Shown here in pieces: positions 1-13,589 of a DNA stretch of 64,000 bases (position 1 is its first letter; every line of letters begins with the position of its first letter). Source of the stretch: the human T2T-CHM13v2.0 reference genome, Homo sapiens; NCBI RefSeq assembly GCF_009914755.1, contig NC_060927.1. One strand, 5' to 3'. The translations under genes were made by a program, and so were the position numbers. The notes below the pieces were generated by a model. It did not search any database. It saw only the letters and a list, made by a program, of their open reading frames with translations, and was not told the origin of the DNA.

Positions 1-610
1 TATTCAATTCCTGGGTCAATTATGCATTAAATCTAAGTAATTAAAAGCAAGTTTGAGAGACACAGATTAAGAAATCAACCTCTCTGAATTATGATATACT
101 TAAACCCCACTAAATCCTAGAAATGGTTAAAAGGGTACATTAAAACTGCACTTGTACCCTCTGAAATTTTATGAGCACTTTATAAACCCTATAACGCCTA
201 AGGCATGATCAAACTAGTCAGAGTGGAATCCAGAAAAGTAGACACTGGAAAATGTTTTCACTGAAGTTTCTATGAGAGATTTTTTTTCACAATGAGGGCT
301 ATTAAACTCAGCTTTTCTTGATTTCTTAAGTAAACATACAAGTTGTATTTTATAAATGTACAGACTACAGATAAGTACTCTCTAAACTGTGACTCTACCC
401 TCTTTTTTTTAAACCCAGCCACTAATTATCCCCAATGTTTATGACTTACATGACCATAATTAGTAAATAATCATGACTCATAACCTGCTTAAAGCTACAG
501 CAATTATTGCAGAACGTCTGTATTTTCCTGACTTAGCTATGTGAAAATAAGTATCTAGGATCTCTCATTTTAGAAAACAGGTGAGAAGTTAAGCATTGTA
601 AAATGTTTAC

Positions 611-732
611 CTCACAACTCTTCTGATCTTGGGCAAGTTTGAATCCTTTCTTCCCATCACAATAGCAAGTGTAACCTCCAGGGTAATTGACACAAAGCTG
701 AGCACACATGTTCTCAGAGCATTCATCTATAT
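611..732 (-). CDS. PROS1: PROS1 exon 8 (EGF4, calcium-binding EGF)
   Basis: 122 nt; tcag|AT...TGT GAG|gtaaac; encodes (D)IDECSENMCAQLCVNYPGGYTCYCDGKKGFKLAQDQKSCE. Confidence 0.98.
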
Positions 733-1884
733 CTGAGGTAAAAAAAACACACGCACACAAACTTTAATATCCCCTAAATGTTCAATCTTATAGGCAGAGG
801 AATATTATGATTGTAGTATGATATAATCAATGATAATCGAACCTTAGGGAAAGAAATACTATGACATCAAACTACATTTAAACATAATACTGAACATGGA
901 AATTTAAACGAGTTACAAGTATAGTTTTTATTTACATATTTGAAACAAAAATTAATTTATAACTTTCAGTGATTAAGTAAAGTATAACAATTCTACCAAA
1001 TTTCTCATTTTGAATTTGAAGAAAAAAAAGATTGAGAATCTCAACTTAACTGTCATTTCTGATCATTTGAATTTCATTGAGATTACCTCACAATTCATTG
1101 CTTTGAAAAAAAGAAAAAAGAAATGAGAAGGGAAAGAGGAAGGGAGAGCATGATGGGGAAGTAAAGGAAAGGAAAGTTAGGGAAGGGAAGGGAAGAAAAG
1201 ACCCCTTTAACTGAAGGTTGATACAATCAGGAATTAAATGACAATATCAAGAACATTGGAACACTCATAATGCGATAATTAATGTTGGCAGTGAATTTAG
1301 GGAAATATCTGTTTTTTTTTTTTTAAAAAACCTCACTGTGATGTAATCTCCCATATTATGAAATCTTCTATATGGTCCCTGTCCCTACTCCATATTTTGA
1401 GAAAATCATTCTTGGAAATTTATAATATTATGTTGAAGCAAACATCTATCTCAGAGTTATATAAGATCATTGACATTTTCATTGGATATGCCCTATGACC
1501 TTTAAAACTCCACAAGCTCATAAATGCTATTATTGAATATGTTCTCATAAAATAATTTAAAATAGATTCCCAAAATTAATAATCCTTAGTATTAAAATTG
1601 CATATTATTAAAGTTATAGATAAGAGTCATATATAAATCTTTTTAAAAAATATGTCATTCATTAAATAAAACTACAATACAAGTGATGAAGTTGGCTAAT
1701 GATAATTCCGCAGACATCTAGAGTTTTCCACGGTAATTTCTATCTGCAATGGTGAGAAAGGAGAAATGTGTTGCGGGGGCTGGCAGGGGAATATTTTTGG
1801 TGATTGCAAAAGGAGATGATAGGACATCAAAATCTCAAAAGCAGCATACGTAGTTAAAAAATATATTGTAAAATTATTATTGAT

Positions 1885-2130
1885 TTAGGCAACTTCATAG
1901 AGACAGAAAACAAGATTAGAGGTTACCGCCATCAAGGTAACTAATAAAAGAAAACTCACTGCTTAATGGTTACTGCTTAAGAGTTTCTGTTGGGGCTGAT
2001 GAAAAAGTTTTGGAAATAGCAGTGATGGCTGCATAATGGCATGAATGTAATTAATGCCACTGAACTGTACATTTAAAAATGGTTAAAAGAGTACATTAAA
2101 ACTGTACTTGTAGCCCCTAAATCTATTTTT
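1885..2130 (+). mobile_element. Old L1M (L1MB-like) 3'UTR fragment
   Basis: catagagacagaaa...gagtttctgttgggg.tgatgaaaaagttttggaaatag...gccactgaactgtacatttaaaaatggttaaaa motifs. Confidence 0.65.
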
Positions 2131-2966
2131 TAAAAGGTACATTATACATGTGTGTGAATATACATACATACATATATATATACAGATACAATAGAAAAAT
2201 TAGTGTTGATTAGTTCCAGCCATGGCAGTAAATCTGTTTTAAAATTTTAAAAAATCGAAAGGAAGGTATGAGATAATCTGTATATCATAATAAACAAACC
2301 TACAAACAAACAACTATAATATGTTGAAGCTTCCTGATGCACACAGGGCAGCGCCACTGCAGTCACATGAAGTAACAGCACCTTTAAGGGGTTGCCCCAA
2401 ACCCACAGGCTCTGACATTACCGATCAGTATTTCTTAAATTTCTAGAGTATTGTTATCATTTCTTTATCATGAGATAATAGAACTGTGTCATTTTTTATT
2501 TTAGAATAAATGATTTATTTATATATGCACAGAAAAATCACTGAAAAGCTTGGAATAAAAACTAAAGTTTTAACCATGCTCATTGTCTCAATAAGATGAT
2601 TTTTAAGCTTGTGTCTTTCTTTTCTATCTACTGTTTTTCCTTCCAAAGTGAAATTCTCTTTATCTTTGAATATGATATAAATGATGTGAAAATATGTTTA
2701 TCTTGTTTTTACCACACATGGAGGTCTCCAATTCATAGGTAGCTCAAAGGGCCAACTGGCGTGCCTAACACCAAACTTAAAGACCATATGCCTTACATAC
2801 TCTTGCTCTGGAAGGAAGGAAGCCAATGATTACCCAATTGAACAAGCTATATTAGGGATAAGAAAATATGACTGTTGATGTCAAACAAAGCCAATGCTTT
2901 TAAATATCAGTTCAGGGTTCACACCCACCCTCTCCACCATCAGTAATGATACCACCATCATCCTAC

Positions 2967-3092
2967 CTTCACAAGACTTTGATTTGAGATTATATCTGTA
3001 GCCTTCGGGGCATTCACATTCAAAATCTCCTGGGATGTTCTTGCACACAGCTGTGCCACAAATGCTTGGCTTCAAAGAGCATTCATCCACAT
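2967..3092 (-). CDS. PROS1: PROS1 exon 7 (EGF3)
   Basis: 126 nt; tag|AT GTG GAT...GAA G|gtagga; (D)VDECSLKPSICGTAVCKNIPGDFECECPEGYRYNLKSKSCE. Confidence 0.98.
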
Positions 3093-4132
3093 CTATAAAT
3101 AAAATCACTATATTAAAAAACATTTTTCCCATACCAGCAGACACTACCAAAGAACCCTTGATTTGTGTTTCCTGGATCTTGTTTAATATATGTAATGAGA
3201 TAACAGATTGGCCTTTGGACCAAAAAACATTAAATCTATCATCATATGTTAGCTCACTAAATATGATTTCTTTCTACAAATGCAGAGGGAAATTTGATTG
3301 ATGTTTGCCATGTTCCTTTCTAGTTATGTTAAGAAGGAGAAAGCTTTAGAAATTTTCTTATCTGCCAGGTTGTGGTGCGAAAATAAATGGAGGTCTTGAA
3401 AACAGATTCACTCCATATTATCACAAGTATTTTTTGTACATGGGAAGGCTCATCTCTTCTATCTTGTTTCTTTGGAAATGAACAAACATCTAATTAGTAC
3501 ACTACTATTGTTGTCTAAAGTAGACAATAGTGATTCAAATTTAAAATAAGATTAAGGTCTCTAAGTACTTATAAATCTGCAGTTAATCCAATATGAATTT
3601 AGTGCTAAATGAATATTCCAGAAATTTCAGATGCATATATTATATTGCCAAATGAAGAAGGAGATAACATATTGTTAGCAATTAGTTACTAGATGAGCAC
3701 CTGTGAAGAAAACAAAACATGTGACAGAAATAGTTCAATGGAGACGGAATTATTAGTGAACTATTCTGTGTACTCTCTGGAGAAAGACAAATTCAGAACA
3801 GAAAATATGTTTTCTATTCTAAAAGTTGACAGCTTTTTTTCCAGATTAATAGTCAAAATTTAGGATATTATTTAAAATAACTTGCACAAAAATAATAAAA
3901 CCAGTTCCCTTGTAGGAATTTTTCTATATTTTGACTGTATCATTGTCAATGTCTTGAGTGTGAAATTGTACTATCATTTTGTAAACTCTTACCACTAAGG
4001 GAAAATGGGGTAAAGGGTATATAGCATCTCTCTGTATTACTTCTTACAACTTCATGTGAATCTTTAATTAATTCAAAGTAAAATATCCGATTTTTAAAAA
4101 GAGCTAAAAACTCTATGTTTTTGAAATAAAGT

Positions 4133-4490
4133 AAGCCTGAGCAACAGTGGGACACTGTCTCTACAAAGTTTTTTTTCTTAATTTAGCCAGGAGTGGCCGG
4201 GCACAGCAGCAGTGCTGTAATCCTAGCACTTTGGGGGTCAAAGTGTTCGAGACCAGCCTGAGCAACATGGTGGAACCCCACTTCTACATATTAAAAACAA
4301 AAAAGGAAAAGAGAAAAAAATTAGCCAGGAGTGGTGGCATGTGTTCTTGTTACTAAGGAGGATAAGGCAAGAGGATCACTTGAACCCAGAAGCTGGGGTG
4401 CCTTGAACTATGATTGCACCACTCCACTCCATCCTGGGCAACAGAGGGAGACCCTGTCACTAAATAAATAAATAATAAAATAAAATAAAA
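4133..4490 (+). mobile_element. Degenerate AluJ-like element plus partial arm
   Basis: Alu arm motifs and (TAAAA)n tail. Confidence 0.75.
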
Positions 4491-4605
4491 TCAGTAAAAA
4501 TATGTCAATAAGTGTATTTGGTTTGAGGCATATTGCAGGGAATTATTTAGATCATACAAGTTTAAGTTACAGTACATTGGTTTTATGACTCCAAACTGAC
4601 ATCTA

Positions 4606-4947
<342 letters not shown>

Positions 4948-5053
4948 TTAAGCTTTATTCTTTCATCTTTAGACAGTTACTGGCAACTGGATCCCAACCA
5001 TTTCTACATCTTGGCAAAGGTCTCATTGTAATAGTGTTTTTTGTGGTTTTGGT

Positions 5054-5330
5054 TTGTTTGTTTGTTTGTTTGTTTTGAGACAGATCTGTTGTGATCTCAG
5101 CTCACTGCAAGCTCTGCCTCCCGGGTTCACGCTATTCTCCTGCCTCAGCCTCCGGAGTAGCTGGGACTACAGGCACCCGCCACCACCCTGGTTAATTTTC
5201 TGTATTTTTAGTAGAGACGGGGTTTCAGCGTGTTAGCCAGGATGATCTCGATCTCCTGACCTGTTGTTGATCCACCCACCTCGGCCTCCCAAAGTGCTGG
5301 GATTACAAGCATGAGCCACAGTGCCTGGCT
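5054..5330 (-). mobile_element. Alu (Sc/Y-like, internal deletion)
   Basis: Reverse-complement Alu with (TTTG)n tail. Confidence 0.88.
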
Positions 5331-5543
5331 GTAACAGTTTTTTATATATTCTTCTATCTGTTTTATACGTTATTACTTACATATCATGACTAAACAATAA
5401 TGCAAATGAATATAAGAACAGATGTGGTCATCAGGAACATTCCTATTAATAAGAGCACTTTTGTAATCATTTACACATATATATGTGTATTAACTGAGTG
5501 GATAAGAATTAAATACTTTTTAATTTTTAAAAAGTCACAAATT

Positions 5544-5850
<307 letters not shown>

Positions 5851-5978
5851 AATTCTTTAGAAAGAGACTATTAAAGTATTTAAGCGTAGAAGTAAGAATG
5901 GGTACTATTTGTTTACAAAATGCATATGGTATCCAGCATTGTGATGGTTTTTCTATCACTCATGTCCTAATGACAGTC

Positions 5979-6490
5979 TTTTTTTTTTTAATTATACTCT
6001 AAGTTCTAGGGTACATGTGCACATTGTGCAGGTTAGTTACATATGTATACATGTGCCATGCTGGCACGCTGCACCCACTAACTCGTCATCTAGCATTAGG
6101 TATATCTCCCAATGCTATCCCTTCCCCCTCCCCCCACCCTACAACAGTCCCCAGAGTGTGATATTCCCCTTCCTGTGTCCATGTGATCTCATTGTTCAAT
6201 TCCCACCTATGAGTGAGAATATGCGGTGTTTGGTTTTTTGTTCTTGCGATAGTTTACTGAGAATGATGATTTCCAATTTCATCCATGTCCCTACAAAGGA
6301 CATGAACTCATCATTTTTTATGGCTGCTTAGTATTCCATGGTGTATATGTGCCACATTTTCTTAATCCAGTCTATCATTGTTGGACATTTGGGTTGGTTC
6401 CAAGTCTCTGCTATTGTGAATAATGCCGCAATAAACATACGTGTGCATGTGTCTTTATAGCAGCATGATTTATAGTCCTTTGGGTATATA
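5979..6490 (-). mobile_element. 5'-truncated young L1 (L1PA2-like) 3' end
   Basis: Poly-T followed by near-consensus L1 3'UTR; carries GAG (ctagatgacGAGttagtggg), not the ACA/ACG L1HS diagnostic. Confidence 0.9.
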
Positions 6491-7491
6491 TTCTAAGTAG
6501 TCTCAAAATCCAAACTCAAACAGACCTTCAAATAGGCAGATAAGAAAGATACATGATCACAAATTGGATAACTGTTTAGAAGAATTTGTTGTTAATGTAG
6601 TTCACTTTAGAGTCATTTAACTGCAGTTTAAATAATATTATAGTACATTTTATCATACTAAACACTGCTATTCAGTAAGAGATGGATGATTTGAACATGA
6701 ATCCAATTTAGGGCTTTACCAAAATATATATAAAATAAAGAGTCGAACAAGAAATTCACATTTTAACTTACTTTTTTTTTTAACATTTTAGCAAAACAAG
6801 CAAACAAAAAGTACTGGAGGAGAGAACTTGGATATTATATTGTATCCAGTTTCTAAAGGCAAATTTTAAGTCCAGGTGGGAAATTTTATTTTTAGTCATC
6901 CATACACCTGGTATGAATACTTGAAGATTTAGTCATAGCATTAACACAGCCAAACTGAAAGACAGTATACAAAGAGAAAAAAAGTCAAAATTTAGGGATA
7001 GGAAAACAATGAAAAACAAAACAAATACACTAGTAAAATGACTTGTTAGAAAGCTAAACTAACAGGGAATATTTAAGTCTGAAGAAGAAAAAGGAGTTAT
7101 GACCAATGATATGATCTTAAAGGTATAAAGAGAAAGAAAACTAGATCTTTTACTTTCCCAAAACCACAACAGGAAATGAGGTGCCAGATGAAGGGCTGAT
7201 GTTGGAAATCAGAAAAGTATTTCTGAAAAGGAAAAATAAAATACAATGGAAGAGGTTATTGCAGTGGATTTCTTTCTATGGCTATGTATCTTACTAGAAG
7301 AGAATAAAAAATATAATGTCTGAAAACAGGATAAACAATGATTTTGCAAAGTTTGTAGCATGCAAAGACTTGCATTGAAACATCACTTTATAATGAAATT
7401 CCTTATTGAAACATACACACAAGTGTGTACACGCACATACAATAAGAAAATTTTTAAAAATTGTGTTATCAGTACTGTAAACTAAAATGCA

Positions 7492-7785
7492 GGCCAGGCA
7501 GAGAGCTCCCATCTGTAAACCAAACACTTTGGGAGGCTGAGACAGGAGGCTCACTTGAGTTCAAGATCAGTTTGGGCAACATGATTAACCCCATCTCTAC
7601 AAAAAATACAAAACAAAACTAGCTGGGCATGGTGGCATGCACTTGTAGTCCCAGCTACTTGGGAGGCTGAAGTCAGAGGATCAATTAAGCTCGGGAGGTC
7701 AAGGCTACAGTGAGCCATGATGGAGCCACTCTACTCCAGTCTGGGAGACAGAGTGAGACCCTATCTCTCAAAAACAAACAAAAGC
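7492..7785 (+). mobile_element. Alu (AluJ-like)
   Basis: Dimeric Alu motifs. Confidence 0.88.
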
Positions 7786-7946
7786 TAAAAAGCAGTTCCA
7801 CAGTATCACAAGGCTTCAATGTCGATAAAAATGTGTTAGTATAAGCACTTACATATCATTTTTCCAAAAATTTGCTAGTAAAATTTCTCTAACTGGGATT
7901 ATTCTCACATAGTAAATGTGTTTTAATTCTACCATCCTGCTCTTAC

Positions 7947-8078
7947 CTTTACAATCTTTCTTATTTGAAAGCATAACAAAACCATTTTTACAGGAACAGT
8001 GGTAACTTCCAGGTGTATTATCACAAATTTGACTGCAACCTCCATTTATATTTGAGGGATCTTTGCATTCATTTATGT
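7947..8078 (-). CDS. PROS1: PROS1 exon 6 (EGF2)
   Basis: 132 nt; ttag|AC ATA AAT...AAA G|gtaaga; (D)[43 protein letters not shown]; Lys196 codon AAG at 7960-7962 is the common allele. Confidence 0.98.
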
Positions 8079-8183
8079 CTAAAACAGGAAAAAAATAAAT
8101 TATTTTTAAAGTAATATAACCTGCAGAGAACTTTTCAGGAGACCAATCCTGATGAGCTGGGGGGCGGGGGTTATTATACGTAC

Positions 8184-8306
8184 CAAATTCACACTTTTCT
8201 CCTTGCCAACCTGGTTTACAAGTGCAAGTAAAAGAAGCTTTTCCATCTTTGCAGCTCATATATCCATCTTCATTGCATGGCAGAGGACTACACTGGTCTG
8301 GAATGG
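8184..8306 (-). CDS. PROS1: PROS1 exon 5 (EGF1)
   Basis: 123 nt; cag|CC ATT CCA...TTT G|gtacgt; (A)[40 protein letters not shown]; followed by a 105-nt intron. Confidence 0.98.
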
Positions 8307-8506
8307 CTGAAGGAAATAGACATCTATTTATTTTTTTTATCTCATGTCATGGAAAAATAAAATTGTGTGTACTATAATAAAAATCCTGAAGCCTAGAACC
8401 AATGAAAAAAAAACACACAACTCCTTTCTTTAAATAATACTTTTCCTAAATTAAAAAGTGAGCCTATTAGGCAAATCTTTATAATTATTTTGTAAAAATA
8501 AACTAC

Positions 8507-9902
8507 AGATGGCAGCAGTGGCCCATGTAGAGTGGCCGCTGCCAAGACGCCAGCTGCAGTGGGGATGTGGGCCAGGGCCTCCCACTCCACAGAGCAGATA
8601 GGAGCCCCACACTCCCCGGATGCTGCTGCAGCTTTCCTGTCGTGGCTCCGGACCCGGGTGTCTCTGTGCTCTTGGGGGCCTGCTCCCGCTGCCAGGCTTC
8701 TCCCCGCAGCAGGCATCCACTCTGATCTTAGAGGCATGGCCAGGGCTGCACGTGCCATGGAGCTGGTAAAAGCCAAGGACAAGGGGGAGCTCCACTCCTT
8801 CCAAACTGGTGGGACAAGAGTCCCCTGAGTGCAGCTGCAGCTGCCCAAGCCTGGCTGGAAACCTGGGCATCTCTGTACTCTTGAGGGCCTGGGGAGGCCC
8901 ATTCTGCCCACCACAGGCTCAGAAGTGCCTGCTCTTGCTTCCTGACCTCTCCTCTCTCCTGGCACCCACTCTGGTCATGGAACAAGGTTGGAGCTGAAGC
9001 CAGCTGTTGTCGCAGCCTAGCTGGGTGGGCATAAGCTCAGGGCAGCGCTAACATGCCAGCACCCTGTCCCCTCCAGTCTTTGGGCTCCAACAAGCATGGG
9101 AAGGGAGCTGAGGGGCATGCTGAGGGCAGCTCAGTGCTGGCCTGCAGGCACCCCCTTGGCACAAACAGCCTGGGTGCCATGAACAGTGGCAGGAGGTAGA
9201 CAGCTTCCTAGGTGGAAAAGGGTAGGTCCCCTGTGAAGTCCCACCTTCAGGCTGGGGAAGGCCTGAGGCCTGTGGGCTGGGCTACCAGTCCTGCTGACTG
9301 ATGGGGGAACACTGGGTGCTTTTTCCTGGGCCCACCCATGGCAGCCCATGGACCAGTCAGCATGCACTTTCCCTCTCTGAAGACCATAAAAACCCCAGAC
9401 TCAGCCAGAGCAGAACAGATATCCAGACAACCAGCTGCAGAAAGGAGCTACCATCTCCAGGGCCTCCCATGTACTGGGAGCTGCAGACATCGAATGACCT
9501 GTCTGTAGAGAAGAACCACTGTCTCCAGGCCCTCCTCTGCTGAGAGCTGCTGATGGGACAACCAGCTGCAGACAGGAGCCACCCACTCTAGGCCTCCTCT
9601 CTACTGAAAGCTGCAGAGACAATGGGATGACCTGGCTACAGAGAGGAGCCACCTGCTTCAAGCCCTCCTCTCTGCTGAGGGCTGAACACTTGATGGGACA
9701 ACCTGCCTACAGAGATGAGCTACCCACTGAGGGTCTCCTCTGAGCTGTTCTAATGCTCAGTAAAGTTCCTGTTCATCTTGCTCACCCTCCACTTTTCTGC
9801 ATACCTCATTCTTCATGGATGCAGGACAAGAACTCAGGCAAAGGCACCACCAGCCACAGAAGTTTCCAGCCAGAAAAGCAACACCCCAAAGATCCCATAA
9901 CA
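8507..9902 (+). mobile_element. MER52-type solo LTR (ERV1)
   Basis: Starts (t>a)gatggcagcagtggccc, ends gatcccataaca; 4-bp TSD CTAC (8503-8506 / 9903-9906); internal degenerate tandem repeats at 9420-9750. Confidence 0.8.
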
Positions 9903-10042
9903 CTACTTCTGGATTGCAAGTATATACAGTATTTCATAACTGTAATTTAGATATTTTTCCAAATATATTACCTCATTTGAGCCTTAGAACAATTCCATGA
10001 GGTAGACAGAACAATACTATTCTCAACATTAAGAGAAAAAGA

Positions 10043-10334
<292 letters not shown>

Positions 10335-11318
10335 CTAAGATGATGTAACAAGGAATAGATTTATCTTCCTGCCTTAAATAAGTAGAACTTCAGTCTAACT
10401 ATGTAAAATAATGGTTTTTCAAATATTGGAGAACAGGAAGGAGAACACCGTAATTCCTAAGGAAAAGAAAATAAACAAGCTGAGACCTACAATTGGACCA
10501 CATTACTGCCTGGAGATAGCTTCTATGCAACAGTGCAAGAAACACAAACAGATCCCAGTGGTCTCCCTGGGTTGAGAAAACAAATATTGGAGTTTGGGGA
10601 GATCAAATTAGAATTCTGCTGGTCAGAGTACTATAAAGGCAGAGAGAGGGAAAAAATGTGTGTGTATGGAAAGAGAGAGAGAAAGAGAGATAGAGGAAAA
10701 GAGAAAGAGTCTCCAGAGATCTGCAAAAAGATCCCGTAGGGTCTTTGGCTGAATGATGATTTGCACAGGAAAATTTCCAGAGCTCAGAGAGGGATAGGGA
10801 TAGTTTGTTTTAGACTACCCAGACCTAAAATATTTCACAGTACAAATGGCATCAGGTGGAATCCTCACAAGGACTTATTATTGAGGCTAAATTAGTTTTA
10901 AGCTAACGGCTACTCCAGATTGCCTTAACAGAGCTTAAAATCAAACCTCAAAAGATTTGTTTTTAATGTATTCCACATAAGTTACCTAAATGCCACAACA
11001 AAATCAAACACTGTTTGGAAGAAGCAAAGAAAATCCAGGACCCAGCAACATAAGCTGTAAGCTTATTTTCTTTTCCTTAGGAGTCACAGTGTTCTGCTTC
11101 CTGTTCTCCAATGTTCAAAACCATTATTTTATATACTGACCCAAAAGAAACTCACTTGAAATATAAACACACTGGTATGTTCAAAGTTAATGGATGGAAA
11201 AGTAAACCATAAAAACACTAAACAAAAGAAAGCCAGAGTGACAACATTAATATAAGATAGATTTTAGAATAAGGAATATTACCAGAGAAAAAGAGCAATA
11301 TTAAGAAGTACAAAGTAG

Positions 11319-11618
11319 GGCCTGGAATGGTGTTTCATGCCTGTAATCCTAGCACTTTGGGAGGCCCAGGTAGGAGGATTGCTTGAGGCCAGGAGTCTGA
11401 GACCAGCCTGGAGAACACACCCAAGACCCCATCTCTATAAAAAATAAATTAGCCAGGAGTGATGATATGTGCCTATAGTTCCAGCTACTCAGGCGGCTGA
11501 GGCAGGAGGATTGCTTGAACCTAGGAGGTTGAGGCTGCAGTGAGCCATGATTGCACCATTACACTCCAGCCTGGGCAACAAAGCAAGAGCTTGTCTAAAA
11601 AAAAAAAAAAAAAAAAAA
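11319..11618 (+). mobile_element. Alu (AluJ-like)
   Basis: Dimer and poly-A; lies next to old L1M-like sequence. Confidence 0.88.
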
Positions 11619-12781
11619 CGTACAAGTAAAGATCAATTATAGTGCCTTGTTTATTTTCTTCCTAAAATATCGAAGCACTTTATCAATATGGCAAATGACA
11701 TGCCATTTGTTTTTTATTTGTAATTTCTGTCCCCTCTTTAGACACTGCAATAGTCCCTTGATTTCTGCACATATCCACACCAGCCTCTAAACTTCCCAGT
11801 CAACTGTACATGTTCTTCCCATCCTTCCAATACTTCCAATACTCCCAATACTGCCTATATTTCTATCTCTTTGCATATGTTAGCCAAAGAAAATTTTTGT
11901 TGTTAAATAAATAAATAACCAACCTAGCTAACGCCTAATTAATTCCATAATTTTTTAAAAAAGTCTTCATAGGATCGTTTTTTTTGAAATGTGGCAATAC
12001 ATTAGGTATTAGTTTAAAATCATAGAAAATAATAGAAAATTTTTATCAAAATTATTATTATTCTGTTCTTTCGTAAATTTTAAGAAAAGATAAAGCATGA
12101 ATTAAATCATTAAATATACGTATTCAGACAAACTGTACTCCCTGTGTAATTACAAGCACTTTAAATTAGAGAAAAACACAGTTAAAAGAATATCTAGAGA
12201 ATTTCAATCCTGGATGTAAAATATTCTCTGAACAAACATCACAATTTATATCCTGTGATTGCACCATTTGCTTTTACTAATTTACCAATTTACCAAAAAA
12301 GAGTCAAAAATAATGTACCAGAATTATCATTAGGCCCCTTGTGAACTTCAGAGCAAGAAAGCTAATTTGATTCACATAACATTTTCCATGTTTATATTAT
12401 CAGTGCCAAAAAGTTAGAAGAATAAACATGGCTCTACTTTGAGCTATTAATCTACTGTAACATTTAGTCACACTACATGATTATGCAACAACAGCCAAAA
12501 TAAAGCTGTTGGGAATAAAAATTCTGAAGCTGATAACCTTTAGGAACAGAGAACACTGTTCAGTTTAAACATTAGGCAAAAAAATTCATTTTGAGTAATA
12601 CAGGAGCATTTACAACTATAAACAAGTATTAGAAATGCAGTTTGAAAATACTTCCTTGCTGGGCATACAACCCATCAAAGGATCATTTCTCAATTTTTAA
12701 ACGTTAGTTTATATTACCATGGGTGTACTTTACCTACAGAGTTTTTGTTTTGTTTTTTCAATTGATGGTAGAAGTGCTTAC

Positions 12782-12868
12782 CATTGACACAGCTTCTTAG
12801 GTCAGGATAAGCATTAGTTGACTGACGTGCAGCAGTGAATAACCCAGTTTGAAAAGAGCGAAGACAAA
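12782..12868 (-). CDS. PROS1: PROS1 exon 4 (thrombin-sensitive region)
   Basis: 87 nt; cag|TT TGT CTT...AAT G|gtaagc; (V)CLRSFQTGLFTAARQSTNAYPDLRSCVN. Confidence 0.98.
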
Positions 12869-13589
12869 CTGAAAATAAAAACAAACATAATCTTCTTAGA
12901 GTAGACACACATACTTGATCTGAATTCATGGTAGGAACTGTCCCAAGAGGTAGGACATTTATGCTCCTGTAGATTCACAAGATTCAGTCTTCAAAATGCA
13001 ACACTAAATGTTTCCATCTACCTTTCTGAAAAATTAAAAATCTACAAGCAAGATGGCAACAGATACAGAAACATAAAAAATAAGTCTGTGACAGCTTCTT
13101 CTCTCTGGAGAAGAACCTTAAAGTCAGAAGTGAAAAAAACCTTGATTTAGCATAGAAATTTATTGTCATATAAGTCTATGTTTTTAATTCCACAGCAGAA
13201 ACAAGATGTTGCCCTCAAATCTACTGACCAGAGTCTGATTTATAAAGTATATGTAATTAAGTCAATAGAATCAGTTCGTGTTTCTACTTGCTATAGGCTA
13301 CTTCCAATTCTTCTCATGTTGCCCTGAGATTAATACAGTAATATTTGTATAATGCTTCTATATTACAAATCAGGTTTACTTCATTCCCTTCATTCTTCAC
13401 TACAACCCTGTGAAATCAGATATAGCAACCTGGTAGATATTGCTAGGAAACTAAGAAATAACAGCTGGAATTGTAAAGATGAAATACTTTGTGACTTTAA
13501 CGTAACTAGGAGTTACTTAGTGCCAAAAATATATTTCTTAAGAGGCACTAAAGACACCATATGTATTACTTCATTGTTCAGACAGTCAC

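Noticed and set aside
1105-1200. Polypurine tract (possible triplex DNA)
   Set aside because: Common low-complexity GA-rich run without a clear mirror repeat
7849-8259. 136-aa ORF reading through exon 5, the 105-nt intron and exon 6
   Set aside because: The intron is 3n and stop-free, so retention would be in frame, but both splice sites are canonical and nothing here shows retention; treated as an ORF-finder artefact
8393-9661. Multiple overlapping ORFs up to 190 aa
   Set aside because: They lie within the GC-rich MER52 LTR, are open on both strands and show no recognisable domain
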